From NCBI GenBank assembly GCA_045649105.1, contig JAZRPG010000022.1, forward strand, positions 12,878 through 76,877: a DNA stretch of 64,000 nt, written 5' to 3'. Both the position numbers and the translations under genes were made by a program. The DNA is from Eubacteriales bacterium. GTDB lineage: Bacteria > Bacillota > Clostridia > Oscillospirales > JAAYXM01. Position 1 is the stretch's first letter. Every line of letters begins with the position of its first letter. The notes beneath the pieces were generated by a model. The model saw only the letters and a program-made list of their open reading frames with translations, searched no databases and was not told where the DNA came from. This document shows positions 20,500 to 30,171 of this stretch, piece after piece.

Positions 20500-20730
20500 T
20501 TACATACCCTTAAGTTGCGTTACTGTGTCAACAATAGCATCAATGCTGTTCAGGTTTTTAGGTTCAAGCTGGTCAAGGTCGAAATCAACATCAAACTCCA
20601 TTGAAAGTTCAGAGACTAATGTGATAATCGACAGTGAATCCAATATCCCGTCATCAACAAGACGGTCAGATGAAGTGAAGTCTATCTGAGGCAAGGCCTC
20701 CTTTAAAAGTTGCAGAATCTGTTCTTTCAT
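20500..20730 (-). CDS. acyl carrier protein, DltC-like
   Basis: 76 aa acidic protein, LVDDGILDSL phosphopantetheine motif, NLNSIDAI. Confidence 0.9.
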   Translation of the reverse strand: MKEQILQLLKEALPQIDFTSSDRLVDDGILDSLSIITLVSELSMEFDVDFDLDQLEPKNLNSIDAIVDTVTQLKGM

Positions 20731-20781
20731 AATTTTTCATCCTTTCATATTTATGCATTAATGAGTTTCAAAAATCCGAAT

Positions 20782-22239
20782 TTAGAAGTTGAAATAAATA
20801 AAGGGGTTATATCCGCCGCTGATTGAATACGAAGCAGATACAAAGAATATACAGATCATAGCGGCAAATTTAAGCGCAGACCATATCTTTTCATACGGTT
20901 TCCCGCTGCATAATGCATTGACCTTTTCAACAACCGGGAACGAGAAAAGAAGACCGGCCAGCAACACAATCTTATACTGTCCCACCCAATATATAAAGGT
21001 GTTATCGGCAAAAACATTTCCGTTTAAATGAAGCATCGAGCTGTAATATGTAACTGCCTGCCCCACGCTTTCTGACTTGAATATGACCTTTGTAAGCAAT
21101 ACAATCAAAAAGGTTGAGAAAAAGCCAACGACGGCTGCAAGCTTCTTGTTTTGAATCGGTTTCCTGTTTTGTTCCCAAAAAATGAAAACAAATTGGATAA
21201 GCCCCCACAGCACAAAGGTCATATTTGCACCGTGCCATATGCCGGTAGACATCCAAACAACAAAAAGCACGAAGCAGGTAGAAAGAAGACCCGCGGTTTT
21301 TCTCTCAAATTTCTTTGACAGCTTCTTTCGTATCTTTATCGCAGGACCTAAAGAGAGCGGATAATACAGATAATCTCGGAACCACTCACCTAAGGAGATA
21401 TGCCATCTTCTCCAGTACTCAGTGATTGATTTTGATACATATGGATAATTAAAGTTCAGGTTAAATGTAAAACCGAACATTTTTCCGAGCCCGATAGCCA
21501 TATCCGAGTATCCGGAAAAATCAAAATAGATTTGCAGCATATAGGCAAGCGCGCCAACCCATGCAAGCGCGACGGACAACTCACCGCCATTGGCGGAAAA
21601 AGCCAAATCGGATAAAGGAGCAAGCTGGTTGGCTAAAAGAACCTTTTTCCCGAGACCTATACAGAAATGATAGGCTCCGGAAGAAAACTTTTCAAACGAA
21701 TGCCCCCTGTTTTTCAGCTGTTCTGCAATCGAGCCGTAACGCACGATAGGGCCGGCCACCAGCTGCGGGAAGAAGGCAATATACAGCCCGACATTTAAAA
21801 TATTAGTCTGTGCCTCGTCTTTCTTTCTGTACACATCGATTACATAGGACAGCGCCTGAAACGTATAAAAGGATATCCCGATAGGCAAAGCCAGATTTGA
21901 CAGCGCACCTACAGATCTGCCCAACAGATCCAGTGTCCAGGACAGATATTTGAATACGAATAAAAGACCCAGATTGAAAATGCATCCGATCGCTACAATC
22001 CACTTTCCTTTAGTCGTTTTCGGGCAGGTAGAAACCGCAAGACCGAGGAAATAGTTCACCACAATACTCAGAATCATCAAAAAAACGTAAAGCGGTTCAC
22101 CCCAGGCATAGAAAAACAGAGAAACGATAAGAAGCCAGACGTTTCGCAACGAAATGTTTTTCCAAATAAAGAGAAAATAGTATACAACTAATGTTATGGG
22201 TAGAAAGAGAAACAAAAATACTGCATCTGAAAAAACCAT
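20782..22239 (-). CDS. MBOAT O-acyltransferase (AlgI/DltB-like)
   Basis: LPIGISFYTFQ, FFPQLVAGPIVRY, YFDFSGYSDMAIG, WRRWHISL, GIWHGA, YNPFIYFNF. Confidence 0.95.
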   Translation of the reverse strand: MVFSDAVFLFLFLPITLVVYYFLFIWKNISLRNVWLLIVSLFFYAWGEPLYVFLMILSIVVNYFLGLAVSTCPKTTKGKWIVAIGCIFNLGLLFVFKYLSWTLDLLGRSVGALSNLALPIGISFYTFQALSYVIDVYRKKDEAQTNILNVGLYIAFFPQLVAGPIVRYGSIAEQLKNRGHSFEKFSSGAYHFCIGLGKKVLLANQLAPLSDLAFSANGGELSVALAWVGALAYMLQIYFDFSGYSDMAIGLGKMFGFTFNLNFNYPYVSKSITEYWRRWHISLGEWFRDYLYYPLSLGPAIKIRKKLSKKFERKTAGLLSTCFVLFVVWMSTGIWHGANMTFVLWGLIQFVFIFWEQNRKPIQNKKLAAVVGFFSTFLIVLLTKVIFKSESVGQAVTYYSSMLHLNGNVFADNTFIYWVGQYKIVLLAGLLFSFPVVEKVNALCSGKPYEKIWSALKFAAMICIFFVSASYSISGGYNPFIYFNF

Positions 22240-22261
22240 ATTTTCTTAATCTCTCCTTCCT

Positions 22262-23581
22262 TTAATTAAAGTTAAAAGCATATTCGGAGGGGTTGACATA
22301 ATGACTTTGGTCGATGAACGTTCCGACGGCATAAACAATAATCACAGAGTCGGGCGTATTTTCTTCCATATAAGTCTTGAGACTGCCATTAAAGTGCCTC
22401 AGGTCTATTACATCAACATATTCCGCCATATTACACATATACGGCACCATGACACGCGCAAACGAATCCTTGATTACTAAAATGCGTTTCCCGTCCGAGC
22501 GCTGATTGTTGTGAATCCGGAGAAGCGGCGGGTCGCCGTATGAATAAAATTGAAAATGCCTGGTGGAGGTTAAAGATGGCTGCTGTATAACCTTGTAATC
22601 GTAAAGGGTATCTGCAATGCTTCCGGTTAAGGTTGTGCCCGCTTTTGGATTTGTGACTGTAAGGTCCGTGGAATAAAGAGGCTCCAAAATCGGCATATAC
22701 TCAATATTTGTGTATGCAGATGTCGTCTTGATGCCTTGGCTTCCGAGCATCGGATACCGAGCATAACTGATATTGTAGCTTTGCTGTTCAAAACGCTTTG
22801 TATCAATGTCATAGCCCCGTTCAATCAGCCAGGGCGAGATTGCTGCGCAGCCGCGAAGTCCCGATTGCGGAAGCCAGTGGTGGTCAGTCCGGAAATAAAG
22901 CTGTTCTTCGGATAAACCCTTGCTTTCCTCGGTATCCATAAAGTTGATAACATCGACACCGTCCTGTTGCGCTTTTTCTTCAATGCCGTTCAGTAACTCG
23001 CTGCTGTAATCGCGATACACGCCGCGATACGAATTGTCGACCTTTCCGTCTTTATACGGCGGAATAAAAAGGAGAAGGTCAATTCCCCGATTGGTCAGAT
23101 ACTGATTAAATTCCCGAATTTTTTCCATGGGAGGATTAATATCGGTATTGTCATATACGAATGAGAGAAAACCCGATTCATGTAAAACCACCAAATCACG
23201 GGGGTCATTGAGGTCGTTTGTTGTCCCGCACAATGAAGTCGTTGCATTGTAACCGTACATATTGCGATCTACAGTTTTACGGAAAAGCGCTATGTCTGTA
23301 TACAGCGGGTTACTCGATGTTACACAGTTTTTAATCGTAGTCTTCAGGTTGCCGATTACATCTGTAATTTTGCTGACCGAGTGCGTGGGGTTAGAAACGA
23401 CACTCTCTTCGGTTTCTGTCCTGAATGGATACTCCTCCTCTGCGTTCCAAGCGGAGGTCGGAGTCTCAGGCGATGTGTTAAACAGGATGAGTTTTAAGGA
23501 GAAGAGAGCAAGCGCCATATAAATAAACAGCGATACGACAAATATTACTGAAAATATTTTTTTATGCCCGAATTTATTCAT
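22262..23581 (-). CDS. DHHW-family / AlgJ-AlgX-like SGNH membrane-anchored acyltransferase
   Basis: N-terminal TM anchor, YFRTDHHW, VIKDSF, VIDLRHF. Confidence 0.82.
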   Translation of the reverse strand: MNKFGHKKIFSVIFVVSLFIYMALALFSLKLILFNTSPETPTSAWNAEEEYPFRTETEESVVSNPTHSVSKITDVIGNLKTTIKNCVTSSNPLYTDIALFRKTVDRNMYGYNATTSLCGTTNDLNDPRDLVVLHESGFLSFVYDNTDINPPMEKIREFNQYLTNRGIDLLLFIPPYKDGKVDNSYRGVYRDYSSELLNGIEEKAQQDGVDVINFMDTEESKGLSEEQLYFRTDHHWLPQSGLRGCAAISPWLIERGYDIDTKRFEQQSYNISYARYPMLGSQGIKTTSAYTNIEYMPILEPLYSTDLTVTNPKAGTTLTGSIADTLYDYKVIQQPSLTSTRHFQFYSYGDPPLLRIHNNQRSDGKRILVIKDSFARVMVPYMCNMAEYVDVIDLRHFNGSLKTYMEENTPDSVIIVYAVGTFIDQSHYVNPSEYAFNFN

Positions 23582-23879
23582 ATGTAAATACTCCTTTCAA
23601 AAAACAGAGCCGAATTTTTAAAAAGTATGACAGAACATACAGCGTATGGCGATTCGCGCTGTATACTGCCGAAAATTCAAAATGCAACAAACCAAGTTCC
23701 CAAATGATTAAAAACTGAAATTACATATTAAATGCATTGTATCATATAAATACAAAAAAATAAAGGGTTTTGTCAATTTTGTTAACCATAAAAAGTGATT
23801 TTGTATCGTGTGAACCCTATTGCTTTTCAAAATATTAAAAAGTGCAAACCGCTTTGAGGAGGATCTTAAGCAGTTTGCG

Positions 23880-23942
23880 TTACACAAAACAAAGCAGACA
23901 CACAAAAAAGTGTGCCTGCTTTGTTTGGCGGAGAAGGTGGGA
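23880..23942 (-). repeat. direct repeat of tRNA-Ser(TGA) 3' end plus its terminator
   Basis: TTACACAAAA...GTGTGCCTGCTTT.TTTGGCGGAGAAGGTGGGA nearly identical to 24089-24149. Confidence 0.9.
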
Positions 23943-24081
23943 AGCATATTGCTTTCGCAATCTGCCCTGCTCGACGACCGCGCAGCTTCGCTCTCGGTAC
24001 CCGTCTCACACCAACTTCGCTAAAAACGATTATCAATCGTTTTCTTCACGCTCGTTGCCCTCTCAGGGTTCGAATCCCACC
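23926..24081 (-). repeat. tRNA-associated structured non-coding element, copy 2
   Basis: Core 23944-24064 matches 6511-6632; flanks TGGCGGAGAAGGTGGGA and GGGTTCGAATCCCACC derive from tRNA-Ser(TGA). Confidence 0.85.
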
Positions 24082-24132
24082 TGTCATATTACACAAAATA
24101 AAACAGACACACAAAAGTGTGCCTGCTTTATT

Positions 24133-24221
24133 TGGCGGAGAAGGTGGGATTCGAACCCACGTGTCCTTGCGGACAAACGGTTTTCAAGACCGCCTCGTTA
24201 TGACCACTTCGATACTTCTCC
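24133..24221 (-). tRNA. tRNA-Ser(TGA)
   Basis: GGAGAAG acceptor, GCGGT-CTTGAAA-ACCGT anticodon arm, long variable arm, GGTTCGAATCC, encoded CCA. Confidence 0.96.
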
Positions 24222-24369
24222 GTATCGCGCTGTATTGAATTTTAACAAAATTTCGGCTGATTGTCAAGCACCGAACAGAAAAAATAAAAAAAGAAATGTT
24301 TATTTCCCTGCATTATCGATTATTGCACAACATATGTTTTTTATAAAGGATATTTACGGAGGAGTTTTT

Positions 24370-25650
24370 ATGACAATTCATGTTGTGCAGCCGGGTGATA
24401 CGCTTTTTTCAATTGCGCTGCAATACGGGGTATCGGCAGAACGCATTTCGGTCACGAACGAAATTCCGTTGGATATTCCCCTTGTCGTGGGGCAGACTGT
24501 AGTAATCCTTTTTCCGGAGCTTACGCATACGGTGCGCCCCGGGGAGACAATTTTTGAAATTGCCGATATCTATGGCATAAGCCTTAATGAAATATACAGG
24601 AATAATATTAATCTGCGCGGACTTCCGGAGATATATCCCGGACAGAGTCTTGTAATACGCTACTCTGACACGCCGACATATCCGCTCTCCGTAAACGGAT
24701 ATGCATATCCGTTTGTAAATTTCGGGCTTTTGCGTCAGACACTTCCGTACAATACATATCTCGCGCCGTTTACATACGGGATTACACCGTCAGGCGCGCT
24801 TGTCCCGCTTAATGACGAGGAGCTTCTCGCCGCCGCAAACGACTACGGCACTGCCCCGCTCATGCACCTTTCGACCCTTACGGAGGACGGAAATTTCGAC
24901 AGCGGGCTTGCCGATATTATACTGAATAATGCGGAAAGCCGGGAAAACCTGGCGCAAAACATTGTACGCACGATAGATGAAAAGGGGTATGCAGGGCTTG
25001 ATATAGATTTTGAGTTTATCCCTGCCGCAAGCTCTGCGGCATATGCGGATTTTATCGCATACATGAAAAGTCTTTTGTCTGCAGAGGGGAAAATCGTAAT
25101 TGCGGCGCTCGCGCCCAAGACATCTTCTGCTCAGCGCGGGCTTTTGTATGAAGGACATGACTACGAGCTTATCGGCGCGGCGGCGGATTTTGTCCTTCTT
25201 ATGACATATGAATGGGGCTATACATACGGGCCGCCGCTTGCCGTTGCGCCGATACCGAATGTGCGCCGAGTGCTTGACTATGCAGTTACGGTTATCCCGC
25301 GGGAGAAGATATATCTGGGGATTCCGAACTACGGGTATGACTGGCAGCTTCCGTTTGTACAGGGTGAAAGCCGTGCGCAGTCGATTTCAAACGTGCGCGC
25401 GGTGGAGATTGCGCGCGAGTTCGGAGCAGGTATAGATTATGACGAGGGTGCACAGTCGCCCTACTTTTTTTACACGGCAAATGACGGGACTGCGCACGAA
25501 GTATGGTTTGAGGATGCGCGAAGCATCAGGGAAAAGCTCTCACTTATAACGGAGTATTCTCTGTATGGCGCGGGATACTGGAACCTTATGCGGCCGTTTC
25601 CGCAGAACTGGCTTGTGCTCAATTCAATGTTTAACCTGCGCCGAATATAA
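24370..25650 (+). CDS. 2x LysM + GH18 spore cortex/germination hydrolase (YaaH/SleL-like)
   Basis: HVVQPGDTL and HTVRPGETI LysM repeats, GLDIDFE, LMTYEWG, HEVWFEDARS; GGAGG RBS before ATG 24370. Confidence 0.92.
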   Translation: MTIHVVQPGDTLFSIALQYGVSAERISVTNEIPLDIPLVVGQTVVILFPELTHTVRPGETIFEIADIYGISLNEIYRNNINLRGLPEIYPGQSLVIRYSDTPTYPLSVNGYAYPFVNFGLLRQTLPYNTYLAPFTYGITPSGALVPLNDEELLAAANDYGTAPLMHLSTLTEDGNFDSGLADIILNNAESRENLAQNIVRTIDEKGYAGLDIDFEFIPAASSAAYADFIAYMKSLLSAEGKIVIAALAPKTSSAQRGLLYEGHDYELIGAAADFVLLMTYEWGYTYGPPLAVAPIPNVRRVLDYAVTVIPREKIYLGIPNYGYDWQLPFVQGESRAQSISNVRAVEIAREFGAGIDYDEGAQSPYFFYTANDGTAHEVWFEDARSIREKLSLITEYSLYGAGYWNLMRPFPQNWLVLNSMFNLRRI

Positions 25651-25655
25651 AACAA

Positions 25656-25683
25656 TCCGCCGGGGAGCTTTATCCCCGGCGGA
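25656..25683. terminator. terminator hairpin
   Basis: TCCGCCGGGGA...TCCCCGGCGGA between convergent genes. Confidence 0.7.
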
Positions 25684-25691
25684 AATGCTTT

Positions 25692-26678
25692 TTATTTAAG
25701 TTTAAGAGTTACCGTCTTTGCATTAACTGTTGTCGTGTTATCGTCAAGCGAGTCGTTTGTGACATTCAGCCTCATGAAATCAAACGCATCGCGTATCCCG
25801 GGCGACAGCTTTTCAAGAGCGTCCACAACCTTTTGCGACTCCGCCTCTATTGCCGCCGTGTCTTTGATTGAGACATCCGTCTTATAGAGTACCAGAGGGA
25901 TTATTCCGTGCTCAGAATCGCTTGCTATTCCGATTTCGTATACGGATGAGTTTGAGGTGTTCTCAAGGGACATGGGAAGCTTGAATTTATCTGAGACATC
26001 GGAGTAAAGCCTGTTGCCGAACTCCTCCATATCGGCGTTTGAGCCGTATCTGTAAAAGCCTGCGGGGTGCATGGTGTTGCCGAACATGCAGGAGTATATA
26101 TATGCGGCAATGGTCTTCCCCTCGCCATCAAGTGCTTTTGCCTTTTCGTACAGCGCGGGAGCATCCTGACCGCCGTATTTAAAGTCGCCGGGGTTTATCC
26201 AGAAAATATCAAACTTTTCGCCGTTATATGCGAGAATAACCGCAAACATGTAAGATATTTTCTCGCCCTCGGAAACATAAAGAGCGCAGTAGAGCTCCTC
26301 ACCGCCCGGAGTCAGCTGAACATAGTTTTCATCGCTTTTGTTCTTTTTAATCTTTATAACCGTTTCAGACGGCTCAAAGTCCTTTATATAATACGAATCA
26401 AATTTTACAAACGGATTTTCAACGAGGGAGTTTATCCGGTTAAAGTATTCCGAAAGCTCAGCCTCGGTCGCTTCAAATCCTTCTGCAAAAAGAGAATGTG
26501 CGGTTTTTGCATCGCCTTTTTCAAAGCTCTGCATGAATGTGTCAAGAACCTCATCGACCTGCGCCTGGCGTTCCGGCGTTATCTCGGATGTAAGGACAAA
26601 ATCCTCTCCTTTTTTGCAGGAAACGAGTGAAAAAAGAATGAGAGAAGAAAGAAGAAGTGCCGAAATTTTCTTTATCAT
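25692..26678 (-). CDS. hypothetical lipoprotein
   Basis: MIKKISALLLSSLILFSLVSC lipobox; 328 aa. Confidence 0.75.
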   Translation of the reverse strand: MIKKISALLLSSLILFSLVSCKKGEDFVLTSEITPERQAQVDEVLDTFMQSFEKGDAKTAHSLFAEGFEATEAELSEYFNRINSLVENPFVKFDSYYIKDFEPSETVIKIKKNKSDENYVQLTPGGEELYCALYVSEGEKISYMFAVILAYNGEKFDIFWINPGDFKYGGQDAPALYEKAKALDGEGKTIAAYIYSCMFGNTMHPAGFYRYGSNADMEEFGNRLYSDVSDKFKLPMSLENTSNSSVYEIGIASDSEHGIIPLVLYKTDVSIKDTAAIEAESQKVVDALEKLSPGIRDAFDFMRLNVTNDSLDDNTTTVNAKTVTLKLK

Positions 26679-26696
26679 ATAAATATTCCTTTCGGA

Positions 26697-27935
26697 TTAT
26701 CGGTATCTTTGCTGACGGCGGCGACGACGGCGCCGCAGCATGCGATAAATCTTTTTGCGTATTATGATTGCAAGAAGCAGAAGAACGATAAGAAGAACAG
26801 CCGTGGCAAGTATTATTCCGACTATTCCGAAAAATGAAATCCCGCCGCTTCTTTCCTCCTCAGAAGTCTCATATCCGTCGGGGATTACTTTCGCTGTCCT
26901 TTCCGCCTGTTTTGCAGGAAAGCGCCCAAGCTCTTGCGGCATTGATGAGGGCGGGTTGCTCAGCGTTAGGGATATATACTCGCGTCCGTCTTCCGTAATG
27001 CTTGAATAAGAGATGCTTTCCGGCTCGGTGCCCGCAGGGACAAGTACTGTAGCCGGCTCTGCAAGCTTAAAGGTGTCACTGTCTGTCGTGATTGCGTCAA
27101 ACTCTGAAAAGCCGTAGTCCAGAAGCGCCTTTGTATCAGTGTACTTATCGTCATTTCTCGGGCTCTTCATAACAACGGCAATCAATGTCCGTCCGTCGCG
27201 CTCGGCCGCTGTAACGAGCGTAAACTGCGCCGCGGTCGTCCAGCCTGCCTTTCCGCCTATTATGCCGTCATATTTAAACTCAGGGTCTGCCATCATGCTG
27301 TGCTGATTCGCAAAATACCTGCGCTCAGGCTGTTTGTTGTTCGGAGGCATCTGGTATGTTATGGAGCTGAAAATCTTGCGGAACTCCGCATTTTGTATCG
27401 CGTGTCTGCAAATCATTGCCATATCATAGGCTGTCGTGTAATGCTCAGAATCCTTAAGTCCGTTTGCGTTTGAAAAGTGCGTGTTTTTTGCGCCGTATTG
27501 TCTGACGGACTCGTTCATAAGCGCGACAAAAGTATCTATATCGCCTGAGACATGCTCCGCAATTCCGTTGCAGGCATCGTTTGCAGACATGAGAAGCGCC
27601 GCATACGCCGCGTTCTCAAAGGAGATTTCCTCGTCCACCGTAAGTGCAATATGTGAGGAATCTCTGGAAACGCTGAATACGGCCTCCTCCGACATTACTA
27701 TTTTGTCGGAAAGCGATGCGTGCTCAAGGCCGACGATAACGGTCGCGATTTTTGTAATGCTCGCAGGGAACTGCTGTTTGTGCATCTGCTTGTCATACAA
27801 AACCTGACCCGTGTCCGCGTCTATAAGCACAGCGGATTCCGATATAAGCGCAGGGGCCTGCGCGCTTGCCGCAAAGGAAAACAGAAGCGCACACAGAAGT
27901 ACAGTTAAAAATTTCAAAAAACGTGACATCCGCAT
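26697..27935 (-). CDS. D-alanyl-D-alanine carboxypeptidase (peptidase S11)
   Basis: PASITK (SxxK), SAN (SxN), GGKAG (KTG-like), C-terminal TM and basic tail. Confidence 0.9.
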   Translation of the reverse strand: MRMSRFLKFLTVLLCALLFSFAASAQAPALISESAVLIDADTGQVLYDKQMHKQQFPASITKIATVIVGLEHASLSDKIVMSEEAVFSVSRDSSHIALTVDEEISFENAAYAALLMSANDACNGIAEHVSGDIDTFVALMNESVRQYGAKNTHFSNANGLKDSEHYTTAYDMAMICRHAIQNAEFRKIFSSITYQMPPNNKQPERRYFANQHSMMADPEFKYDGIIGGKAGWTTAAQFTLVTAAERDGRTLIAVVMKSPRNDDKYTDTKALLDYGFSEFDAITTDSDTFKLAEPATVLVPAGTEPESISYSSITEDGREYISLTLSNPPSSMPQELGRFPAKQAERTAKVIPDGYETSEEERSGGISFFGIVGIILATAVLLIVLLLLAIIIRKKIYRMLRRRRRRRQQRYR

Positions 27936-27979
27936 TCTCCCGTATGTTTATATATAATTAGTTTGCGCCATTCGGCCGT

Positions 27980-28969
27980 TTATATTCCGCCGCGGCGCAG
28001 CATGCGCACGTCCTCGCCGCAGAAGGCAAGCGTCACAAACTCACCCTTAAGCCTTGAGTACATCTGCTCGCCGTAGCGCTTTATAAGCTCTGCCTTTTTA
28101 AGCGTCGATATTACAATAGTCCTCTTTCCTGAGAAAAGCCGATTGTTTATAAGATTATAAAGCGCCGCAAGCGTGAATGAGGTGGCCATTTCGCAGCCGA
28201 GGTCGTCTATTATAAGAAGCTCGCATTCCTCATATGCCGAGCAATCATGCCCCCCGTGCTCGTCACGGCCGAACTTTTCATCCTCAAACGCGCCGAGAAG
28301 TTTAAAGGCCGTGTCATACACAACCGAGTGTCCGCCTGCGGCAACAGTCGCCGCGATGCACGAGGCAAGGAATGTTTTGCCCAGTCCGCTTCCGCCGTTC
28401 ATGAAAAGGCTCTCGCGCGAAGCTTCAAAATTATCTGCATAAGCGCGGCAGAATTCGAGAACATCGCGCATACGCTCGCGCGGGGACAGCTTTATTTTTC
28501 CGTCGTTTTTGTCAGGATATACAGAAAGGTCAAATCCGTTAAAAGACGCGCCGCCAAGCTCAAGCTTTGAGTTCAGCTCAGCTGCCGCGGCTTCACGGTA
28601 CTTTTTATCTATACAAACACAGATCTCGCCGCCGTGGTGCCCCGTATCAAGGCACATTTCGCACGAGTAGTGCGGTTCGGTGCACAAAATATCATAACCC
28701 GCAGATGAAAGAAGCTCAGCCCGCTCTGCCTGAAGCGCGAGATTCTTGTCGCGTGTGGCGCGGATTTTTGCCGCCGTATCACCGCCTGAGCCGAAAGAGG
28801 TGCGTATAATCTCAAGGGCAGTTGTGCGAAGCTCAGATTCTATCTCGGCAACGCGCGGAAGCTCTTGGTACACCTTATCGCGCATAAGCGCAGCTTCTGC
28901 CTCTGCGCGGATTTTTGCCGCCTCCGTATCGCGGAGGACTTTTGAAAGGATTCTTTTATCGTAATTCAT
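27980..28969 (-). CDS. DnaC-like replication ATPase (helicase loader)
   Basis: CEMCLDTG/CVC zinc motif, GGSGLGKT, LLIIDDLG; operon with DnaD. Confidence 0.85.
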   Translation of the reverse strand: MNYDKRILSKVLRDTEAAKIRAEAEAALMRDKVYQELPRVAEIESELRTTALEIIRTSFGSGGDTAAKIRATRDKNLALQAERAELLSSAGYDILCTEPHYSCEMCLDTGHHGGEICVCIDKKYREAAAAELNSKLELGGASFNGFDLSVYPDKNDGKIKLSPRERMRDVLEFCRAYADNFEASRESLFMNGGSGLGKTFLASCIAATVAAGGHSVVYDTAFKLLGAFEDEKFGRDEHGGHDCSAYEECELLIIDDLGCEMATSFTLAALYNLINNRLFSGKRTIVISTLKKAELIKRYGEQMYSRLKGEFVTLAFCGEDVRMLRRGGI

Positions 28970-28985
28970 GCACACGCGCCCCTCT

Positions 28986-29921
28986 CTATTTCAGTAACCC
29001 TTTTTTTCTGTTGAGCTCACGAAGGCGAAGTACATTTTCAAGCTCATCATCAGCGGACGACGGCTTCTGCGCGCTGCGCCGTTTGTCGCCATGCTCGACA
29101 TCCTCGAGCGTTGTATATCCGGCATCGTGCCAGCTTCTGAGAATTTTATCGGCATAGCGCCATTTCATAGCGCCTGTGTTTACTACCGTTTTGTCATATG
29201 CGGCGGCTATGAGCTCGTCAGGAATGGAGAGCTCAGTCCACTCGGATATGTACCTCTCCTCGGTCGGCGCAAGGGCGCGGCCTCCGATATTGAGGATTGC
29301 GGCAATTCTGCCTTTTGCGGCCGCCTTTTTTTCCGCCTCCTTGAGGTACTCCTCTGCCCTGCCGCAGGAGAGCACGCCGTCCCGCACCCAGAGCTTTGCC
29401 CGCTTTTCTATTGTGCGCATTGTGGGGACTCTGCCCGCCCCGTGCTTTTCGCGGGTTTCCTCAATACAGCTTGTAACAAGAAGGCAAATAACATCGACGG
29501 GAAGTCCGAGCCAGGAATATATACCGAGAAGGACCTGAAGGTCAACCGATGAGAGGATTTTGCCGAGCCGCTCCTCGCAGAAATCCACAAGATATTTAAA
29601 GTCAGCGTCAGAGCCGATATGCTCTGCAACATCCGTCTGAGTATATTCGGGTATCTTGTCCGAACGCTCGGGAAGCTCAGGCTTTGCCGCGCTCCCGACA
29701 AGGCCGAGCGACTCAAGAGTCCCGAGTGCTCGCAGAATCTCATCGTCTGAAACGCGCAGCCGCCGCGAGGCCTCAGCGACATCAAGAGCCCCGCCGTGCG
29801 ACATGATATATATGTATAAAAGAGCGGCGACGCCATCGCCGCAGTCTATAAGCTGATTTGCCGCGCGTGCGCTCAGCAGGACATCGTTCTGCTGCGGCAG
29901 GGCAATGTTTATTACCGACAT
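28986..29921 (-). CDS. DnaD domain protein
   Basis: Two DnaD-like repeats, YADKILRSWHDAG. Confidence 0.85.
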   Translation of the reverse strand: MSVINIALPQQNDVLLSARAANQLIDCGDGVAALLYIYIMSHGGALDVAEASRRLRVSDDEILRALGTLESLGLVGSAAKPELPERSDKIPEYTQTDVAEHIGSDADFKYLVDFCEERLGKILSSVDLQVLLGIYSWLGLPVDVICLLVTSCIEETREKHGAGRVPTMRTIEKRAKLWVRDGVLSCGRAEEYLKEAEKKAAAKGRIAAILNIGGRALAPTEERYISEWTELSIPDELIAAAYDKTVVNTGAMKWRYADKILRSWHDAGYTTLEDVEHGDKRRSAQKPSSADDELENVLRLRELNRKKGLLK

Positions 29922-30103
29922 ATTGTTACTTCCCCACTAAAGCAATTGTTTTTTTCTATTATACCTTTTATTTTTATTTTCGTAAATACATATACAAAAA
30001 ATATTTTAAAAAAACGAAATTTTGCGTGTGAAATTTCAGGAAATTCAGGAAAAAACAGTGTCTTAAACGCCTTTATTGTGCCGTTTTTGGAAGGATGCTG
30101 TAA

Positions 30104-30152
30104 TTGACTTTCGGGCGTTTTTCTGCTATTATATCGATATGGTTTTATCGAT
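30104..30152 (+). promoter_or_regulatory. lysR promoter with overlapping palindromic operator
   Basis: TTGACT-17nt-TATTAT (30104-30132) followed by ATCGATA-N6-TATCGAT (30133-30152). Confidence 0.6.
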
Positions 30153-30171
30153 TGAAGGGCGTGGATGAAGA

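Noticed and set aside
17585-23581. Canonical dltABCD or an NRPS cluster
   Set aside because: Ligase lacks the amino-acid-binding FDxS motif, no condensation domain, and the MBOAT/DHHW pair looks AlgI/AlgJ-like
23842-24369. N-terminal extension of the 602-aa ORF (apparent novel fusion to LysM-GH18)
   Set aside because: It reads through the antisense of tRNA-Ser and the repeat element; the likely start is ATG 24370 with a GGAGG RBS
26697-26760. Poly-arginine tail of the carboxypeptidase
   Set aside because: Basic stop-transfer tail after a C-terminal TM helix; ordinary
27980-28969. IstB-like ATPase as IS21 or prophage marker
   Set aside because: No IstA or phage genes; pairing with DnaD is the usual chromosomal arrangement in Clostridia
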